Source: Octopus sinensis (lineage: Eukaryota). From it: DNA of 5,621 bases. Positions 1 through 5,621 of the stretch are shown here, in pieces. The DNA lies in contig NW_021828955.1 of NCBI RefSeq assembly GCF_006345805.1, positions 1 to 5,621 of the forward strand, given 5' to 3'. Every line of letters begins with the position of its first letter. Within the stretch, counting starts at the first letter, position 1. The notes beneath the pieces were generated by a model. The model was not told the DNA's origin. It saw only the letters and a program-made list of their open reading frames with translations, and ran no database searches. The position numbers and the translations under genes are program-made.

Positions 1-3000
1 GCGCGAGGGCCGCGCGGGAGCGCGGCAGAGGCGGCGGGAGCCCGGCGCGGGCCGCCGCCGGGGCCGCCCGCCAGCGGGGCGGAGGGGGGGGGGCGCGCGC
101 CGGGCGCGACGCGGCGGCGGGGGGGGGGCGGAGCAGGGCGCGAGGCCGCGCGGGGAGCGCTGCAGAGACGGCGGGACCCGGCGCGGGCCCCGCCGGGGCC
201 GGGCCGCCCGCCAGCGGGGGCGGAGGGGGGGGCCGCGCGCCGGGCGGCGACGCGGCCGGGGGGGGGGCGGAGCAGGGCGCGAGCCCGGCGGGGAGCCGCG
301 GCAGAGAGCGGCGGGAGCCCGGCGCGGGCCGCCGCCGGGGCCGTCCCGCCAGCGGGGGGGGAGTGGGGGGGGCGCGCTCCGGGCGGCGACGCGGCCGGCG
401 GGGGGGGGGGCGGAGCAGGGCGCGAGGCCCGCCGGGGAGCGCGGCAGAGAGCGGCGGGAGCCCGGCTCGGGCCGCCGCCGGGGGTGGCCGCCCTCCAGCG
501 GGGCGGAGGGGGGGGGGGGCCGCGCCGGGCGGCGACGCGGCCGGCGGGGGGGGGAGGCAGGGCGCGGAGCCCGCGCGGGGAGCGCGGCAGAGAGCAGCGG
601 GAGCCCGGCGCGGGCCGCCGCCGGGGCCGCCGCCAGCGGGGGCCGAGGGAGGGGGGGGCGCGCGGGGGCGCGCGCCGGCGGCACGCGGCCGGCGGGGGGG
701 GCCGAGCAGGGCGCGAGGCCGCGCGGGGAGCGCGGCAGAGAGCGGCGGAGCCCGCGCGCCGCCGCCGCCGGGGCCGCCCGCCAGCGGGGGGCGGAAGGTG
801 GGGGGCGCGCGCCGGCGGCGACGACCCGCGGGGGGCGGCGCTGGAGCGGGCGCGGGGAGGCCGCGCGTGGAGCGCGGCAGAGAGCGGCGGGAGCCCGCGC
901 GGGCCGCCGCCGGGGGCCGCCCGCCAGCGGGGGCGGAGGGGGGGGGCGCGCGCCGGCGGCGACGCGCCGGCGGGGGGGGCGGAGCAGGGCGCGAGGCCGC
1001 GCGGGGAGCGCGGCAGAGAGCAGCGGGAAGCCCGGCGCGGGCCGCCGCCGGGCCGCCGCCAGCGGGGGCGGAGGGGGGGGGCGCGCGCCGGGCGGCGACG
1101 CGGCCGGCGGGGGTCCGGAGCAGGGGCCGAGGCCGCGCGGGGAGCGCTGCAGAGCGGCGGGAGCCCGGCGCGGGCCGCCGCCGGGGCCGCCCGCCAGCGG
1201 GGGCGAGGGGGGGGGCGCGCGCCGGGCGGCGACGCGGCCGGCGGGGGGCCGGAGCAGGGCGCAGGCCGCGCGGGGAGCGCGGCAGAGAGCTGGGGAGCCC
1301 GGCGCGGCCCGCCTCCGGGGCCGCCCGCCAGCGGGGGCGGAGGGGGGGGGGGCGCGCCGGGCGTCGACGCGGCCGGCGCGGGGGGGGCCGGAGCAGGGGC
1401 TCGAGGCCGCGGGGGAGCGCGGCAGAGACGGCGGGAGCCCGGCGCGGCCGCCGCCGGGGCCGCCCGCCAGCGGGGCGGAGGGGGGGGGTCCGCGCGCCGG
1501 GCGGCGACGCGGCCGGCGGGGGGGCCGGAGGCAGGGCGTCGAGGCCGCGCGGGAGCGCGCGAGGCGGCGGGAGCCCGGCGCGGGCCGCCGCCGGGGCCGC
1601 CCGCCAGCGGGGGGCGGAGGGGGGGGCGCGGGGCCGGCGGCGACGCCGCCGTCGGGGGGGCCGAACAAGGGCCTCGAGCCGCGGCGGGAGCGCGGCAGAG
1701 AGGGCAGCGGTAGGCCCGGCGCGGCCGCCGCCGGGGCCGCCCTCCAGCGGGGCGGAGGGGGGGGGGGCGCGCCCGGGCGGCGACGCGGCCTCGTGGGGGG
1801 GGCGGAGCAGGGCGCGAGGCCGCGCGGGGAGCGCGGCAGATAGCGGCGGAGGGAGCCCGGCGCGGGCCGCCGCGGGGCCGCCCGCCAGCGGGGGCGGAGG
1901 GGGGGGTGCGCGCCGGGCGCGACGCGGCCCGGGGGGGGGGCCGACGCAGGGCGCGGCCGCGCGGGGAGCGCGGCAGAGAGCGGCGGGAGCCCGGCGCGGG
2001 CCGGCCGCGGGGCCGCCCGCCAGCGGGGGTCGGAGGTGGGGGGGCGCGCGCCGGGCGGCGACGCGGCCGGCGGGGGGGGCCGGAGCAGGCGCGGAGCCGC
2101 GGGTTGAGCGCGGCAGAGGCGGCGGGAGCCCGGCGCGGCCCGCCGCCTCCGGCCGCCCGCCAGCGGGGGCGGGAGGGGGGGCGCGCGCCGGGCGGCGACG
2201 CTGCCGGCGTGGGGGGGGCGGAGGAGCAGGGCGCGAGGCCGCGCGGGGAGCGCGCAGAGAGCGGCGGGAGCCCGGCGCGGGGGCCGCCGCCGGGGGCCGC
2301 CCGCCAGCGGGGTCGGAGGGGGGTGGGCGCGCGCCGGGCGGCGACGCCGCCGGCGGGGGGGGGGCCGGAGCAGGCTCGATGCCGCGCGGGGAGCGCGGCA
2401 GAGAGCGGCGGGAGCCCGCGCGGCCGCCGCCGGGGCCGCCCGCCAGCCGGCGGGGGGCAGAGGGGGGGCGCGCGCCGGGCGTGACGCGGCCGGCGGGGGG
2501 GGCCGGAGCAGGGCGCGGAGGCCGCGCGGGAACGCGGCAGAGCAGCGGCTGAGCCCGGCGCTGGCCGCCGCCGGGCCGCCCGCCAGCGGGGGCGGAGGGG
2601 GGGGGCGCGCGCCGGGCGGCGACGCGACGCCGCCGGGGGGGGCCGGAGGCAGGGCGCGAGGCCGCTCGGGGAGCGCGCAGAGCGGCGGCGGAGCCCGGCG
2701 CGGCCCGCCGGGGCCGCCCGCCAGCGGGGCGGAGGGGGGGGGCGCGCGCCGGGCGGCGACGCGGCCGGCGGGGGGGCCGGAGCAGGGCGCGAGGCCGCGC
2801 GGGTAGCGCGGCGACGAGCGGGCGGAGCCCGGCGCGGGCCGCCGCCGGGGGGCCGCCCGCCAGCGGGGGGGGAGGGGGGGGCCGCGCCCGGGCGGCGACG
2901 CGGCCGGCGGGGGGGGCCGAGCAGGGCCGCGGAGCCGCGCGGGAGCGCGCGCAGAGAGCGCGGGAGCCCGGCGCGGCCGCCGCCGGGCCGCCCGCCAGCG

Positions 3001-4796
3001 GGGCGGGAGGTGGGGGGCGCTCGCCGGGCGCGACGCGGCCGGCGGGGGGCCGGAGCAGGCGCGAGGCCGCGCGGAGCTCGGCAGAGAGCGGCGGTAGCCC
3101 GGCGCGGGCCGCCGCCGGGGCCGCCCGCCAGCGGGGGCGGAGGGGGGGGGCGCCGCGGCGGCGGCGACCGGCCGGCGGGGGGGCCGGAGCAGGGCGCGAG
3201 GCCGCGCGGGGAGCGCGGCAGAGAGGCGGCGGGAGCCGGCGCGGGCCGCCGCCGCGGGGGGCCGCCCGCCAGCGGGGCGAGGGGGGGGCGGCGCCGCGCG
3301 CCGGGCGGCACGCGGCCTGCGGGGGGGGCGGAGCAGGGCGCGAGCCGCGCGGGGAGCGCGGCAGAGAGCGCGGGACCCGGCCGCGGGGGCCGCCGCCTGG
3401 GGGCCGCCCGCCAGCGGGGTGCGGAGGGGGGGGCGCGCGCCGGGCGGCGACGCTGCCGGCGGGGGGGCCGGAGCAGGGCGCGAGGCCGCGCGGGTAGCGC
3501 GCCAGAGAGCGCGGGGCCCGGCGCGGGCCGCCGCCGGGCCTCCCGCCAGCGGGGGCGGAGTGGGGGGCGCGCGCCGGGCGGCGACGCGGCCGGCGGGGGG
3601 CCGGAGCAGGGCGCGGAGCCGCGCGGGAGCGCGGCAGAGAGCGACGGAAGGCCCGGCTCGGCCCCTCCGCCGGGGCCGCCCGCCAGCGGGGGGGCGGGAG
3701 GGGGGGGGCGCGCGCGCCGGGCGCGACGCGGCCGGCGGGGGGGGCAGGGAGCAGGGCGCGAGGGCGCTGGGAGCGCGGCAGAGAGCGGCGGGAGGGCGCC
3801 CGGCGCGGGCCGCCGCCGGGGCATCCCGCCTCGCGGGGGCGGAGGGGGGGGGCGCGCGCCGGGCTGGCGGCGACGCTGCCGGCGGCGGGGGCCGGAGCAG
3901 GGCGCGGAGGCCGCGCTGGGAGCGCGCAGAGAGCGGCGGAAGCCGGCGCGCCGCCGCCTCCGGGGCCGCCCGCCAGCGGGGCGGAGGGGGGGGCGCGCGC
4001 CGGGCGGCGACGCGGCCGCGGGGGGGGCCGGAGCAGGGCGCGAGGCCGCGCGGGAGCGCGCAGAGAGCGCCGGGAGCCCGGCGCGCCGCCGCCGCCGGGG
4101 GCCGCCCGCCAGCGGGGGCGGAGGGGGGGGCGCGCCCGGGCGGCGACGCGGCCTGCGGGGGGCCGGAGCAGGGCGCGAGGGCCCGAGCCGCGCGTGGAGC
4201 GCGGCAGAGAGCGGCGGGAGCGCCGCGCGCTCCGCCTCCGGGGCCGCCCGCCAGCGGGGGCGGAGGGGGGGGCGCGCGCCGGGCGCGACGCGGCCGGCCG
4301 GGGGGGGGGGGTGCGGAGCAGGGCTCGAGGCGCGCTGGGGGGGCGGCAGAGAGCGCGGCGGGAGCCCGGCGCGGGCCGCCGCCGGGCCGCCCGCCAGCGG
4401 GGGGAGGGGGGGGGCGCGCGCCGGTCGGCGACGCGGCTGCGGGGGGGGGCCGGAGCAGGGCTCGAGCCGCGCGGGAGCGCGGAGGCGGCGACGGGAGGCC
4501 CGGCGCGGGCCCGCGGGCCGCCGCCGGGGCCGCCCGCCAGCGGGGGCGGAGGGGGGGTGCGCGCGCCGGCGGCGACCGGGCCGGCTGGGGGGCCTGAGCA
4601 GGGCGCGAGGCCGCGCGGGGAGCGCGGCAGAGAGGCGGCGGGAGCCCGGCGCGGGCCGCCTCGGGGCCGCCCGCCAGCGGGGCGGAGGGGGGGCGCGCGC
4701 CGGGCGCTGCGACCGGCCGCGGGGGGGCCGGAGCAGGGCGCGAGGCCGCGCGGGGAGCGCGCCAGAGAGCACGGGAGCCCGGCGCGGGCCGCCGCC

Positions 4797-4866
4797 GGGG
4801 CCGCCCGCCAGCGGGGGCGGAGGGGGGGGGGCGCGCGCCGGGCGGCGACGCGGCCGGCGGGGGGGG
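4797..4866 (+). other. Putative G-quadruplex-forming G-tract cluster (example copy; present in every unit)
   Basis: Tracts: G4 (4797-4800), G5 (4813-4817), G10 (4822-4831), G3 (4840-4842), G8 (4859-4866). The consensus has nine runs of 3 or more G per unit on + and only two CCC runs. Loops of 4, 8 and 12 nt make it near-canonical rather than a strict G3N1-7 motif. Folding is predicted, not shown. Confidence 0.55.
4801..4822 (+). promoter_or_regulatory. Overlapping EGR1/WT1-type (GCGGGGGCG) and Sp/KLF GC-box (GGGCGG) motif cassette (example copy; one per unit)
   Basis: CCGCCC at 4801-4806 (GC box on the - strand), GCGGGGGCG at 4811-4819 (exact EGR1 consensus GCG[G/T]GGGCG), GGGCGG at 4815-4820. 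Another GGGCGG lies at 4840-4845. These are motif matches only. Such motifs arise easily at 92% GC and matter only in a metazoan host. Confidence 0.25.
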
Positions 4867-4869
4867 CCG

Positions 4870-5007
4870 GAGCAGGGCGCGAGGCCGCGCGGGGAGCGCG
4901 GCAGAGAGGGGCGGGAGCCCGGCGCGGGCCGCCGCCGGGGCCGCCCGCCAGCGGGGGCGGAGGGGGGGGGCGCGCCGGGCGGCGACGCGGCCGGCCGGGG
5001 GGGGCCG
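4870..5007 (+). repeat. Representative near-consensus single repeat unit (138 bp)
   Basis: Runs anchor to anchor. It differs from the hand consensus at only a few positions (GAGAGGGGCG instead of GAGAGCGGCG, one GC fewer in the GC run, GGCCGGCCGG) and contains no T. Useful as a search query. Confidence 0.9.
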
Positions 5008-5621
5008 GAGCAGGGCGCGAGGCCGCGCGGGAGCGCGGCAGAGAGCGGCGGAGCCCGGCGCGGGCCGCCGCCGGGGGCCGCCCGCCAGCGGGGGCGGAGG
5101 GGGGGGCGCGCGCCTGGCGGCGACGCGGCCGCGGGGGGGGCGGAGCAGGGCGCGAGGCCGCTGGGGAGCGCGGCAGAGAGCGCGGGAGCCCGGCGCGGGC
5201 CGCCGCCGGGGCCGCCCGCCAGCGGGGGCGGAGGGGGGGGGGCGCGCGCGGGCGGCGACGCGCCGGCGGGGGGCCGGAGCAGGCGCGAGGCCGCGCGGGG
5301 AGCGCGGCAGAGAGCGGCGGGAGCCCGGCGCGGGCGCCGCCGGGGGGCCGCCCGCCAGCGGGGGCGGAGGGGGGGGGCGCGCGCCGGCGGCGACGCGCGG
5401 CGCGCGCCGGCGGGGGGCGGAGGCAGGGCGCGAGGCCGCGCGGGGAGCGCGGCAGAGAGCTGCGTGAGCCCGGCGCGGGCCGCCGCCGGGGGCCGCCCGC
5501 CAGCGGGGGCGGAGGGGGGGGCGCGCGCCGGGCGGCGACGCGGCCGGCGGGGGGGGCGGAGCAGGCGCCGAGGCGCTCGGGGAGCGCGGCAGAGAGCGCG
5601 GGAGCCCGGCGCGGCCGCCGC

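Larger units (their letters stand above)
1..5621 (+). repeat. Head-to-tail tandem repeat array, ~139-bp unit, ~40.4 copies, ~92% GC, running off both window ends
   Basis: Anchor GAGCAGG (or variant) starts at 131, 270, 413, 554, 704, 844, 982, 1118, 1252, 1391, 1528, 1663, 1805, 1943, 2083, 2224, 2368, 2506, 2646, 2780, 2919, 3053, 3187, 3331, 3471, 3604, 3749, 3895, 4031, 4166, 4316, 4453, 4596, 4731, 4870, 5008, 5143, 5277, 5420 and 5559: 39 intervals over 5428 bp, mean 139.2. The motif order is the same in every copy (GAGCAGGG..GGCAGAGAG..GGAGCCCGG..CCGCCCGCCAGC..GGAG(G)n..GGCGACGCGG..(G)n). No inversion and no unique sequence. Confidence 0.98.
1..5621. other. CpG-island-like composition with no CpG depletion and strong G skew
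   Basis: The consensus has ~30 CpG per 138 nt against ~27 expected (46x81/138), so obs/exp ~1.1. GC skew (G-C)/(G+C) is ~+0.28. About 82 T in the whole window (~1.5%). Confidence 0.9.

Noticed and set aside
484-1713. 409-aa + strand ORF
   Set aside because: Overlaps the previous ORF in another frame. The start (T485) and stop TAG (T1711) are private variants. No domain-like content.
1906-2484. 192-aa + strand ORF
   Set aside because: The GTG comes from a T inside a G-run (1907) and the TGA from a private variant (2482). Same artefact.
363-2552. 729-aa + strand ORF (Gly/Arg/Ala/Pro-rich)
   Set aside because: The start GTG (T364) and stop TGA (T2550) both depend on non-consensus T's. The peptide drifts among the three repeat frames through indels, and the frame is open only because T is nearly absent.
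1-3824. - strand ATG (CAT at 3822-3824) opening a stop-free frame to the window edge; also a lone + strand ATG at 2379-2381
   Set aside because: Each ATG exists in only one of ~40 units and lies in a locally divergent patch, so it is most likely an error or private mutation rather than a start codon.
3419-4597. 392-aa + strand ORF
   Set aside because: The GTG (T3420) and TGA (T4595) are non-consensus. It is a low-complexity translation of the repeat.
4802-4818. CTCF-like motif (CCGCCAGCGGGGGC versus CCGCCAGGGGGCGC)
   Set aside because: The spacing is off and the conserved C of the GGC core is mismatched in either alignment.
4777-4843. 10-bp inverted repeat per unit (GCCCGGCGCG 4777-4786 / CGCGCCGGGC 4834-4843) and palindrome GGCGCGCGCC (4830-4839); viroid-like or terminator structure
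   Set aside because: The repeats are real, but at 59% G and 33% C roughly 0.5 such 10-bp stems are expected per unit by chance (my rough estimate). The G excess prevents a rod-like fold, there is no ribozyme core, and there is no U-tract for a terminator.
4891-4912. Similarity to the human subtelomeric 29-bp repeat (shared GCAGAGAG) or telomeric repeats
   Set aside because: Only about 8 nt are shared, the period is different, and there are no TTAGGG-like units.
1-5621. CRISPR array
   Set aside because: There are no unique spacers; the entire unit repeats.
1-5621. DRT2/Neo-type reverse-transcriptase concatemer (never-ending ORF)
   Set aside because: The resemblance is superficial (tandem ~120-140-nt units, no stops). 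That system forms a sigma70 promoter across the repeat junction and needs a start codon, but a unit lacking T on one strand and A on the other cannot contain a TATAAT-like -10 element or ATG. No RT gene is present here.
1-5621. Nucleosome-length periodicity or rDNA spacer enhancer repeat (~140 bp)
   Set aside because: Only the length matches. There are no phased A/T dinucleotides, no T-tracts and no rRNA or promoter sequence in the window.

Overview
The whole 5621-bp window is one uninterrupted head-to-tail tandem array of a ~139-bp unit (about 40.4 copies). I tracked the anchor GAGCAGG or a variant of it at 40 positions from 131 to 5559: spacing 133-150 bp, mean 139.2. Hand-built consensus (138 nt; homopolymer lengths uncertain, so the true unit is 138-140): GAGCAGGGCGCGAGGCCGCGCGGGGAGCGCGGCAGAGAGCGGCGGGAGCCCGGCGCGGGCCGCCGCCGGGGCCGCCCGCCAGCGGGGGCGGAGGGGGGGGGCGCGCGCCGGGCGGCGACGCGGCCGGCGGGGGGGGCCG. 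It is ~92% GC (81 G, 46 C, 11 A, 0 T) with ~30 CpG per unit (obs/exp ~1.1). Copies differ by mostly private indels, G-run length changes and a strongly biased G->T substitution class, with almost no CpG C->T decay. This looks like one near-identical unit seen through a noisy long read or error-prone copying. There is no credible gene, RNA gene, mobile element or CRISPR array, and the four supplied ORFs are compositional artefacts. I cannot assign an organism or repeat family. Candidates are a GC-rich genomic macrosatellite/VNTR, a herpesvirus-type GC-rich reiteration, or a rolling-circle concatemer of a ~139-nt circle. All counts were made by hand and may be off by a few.
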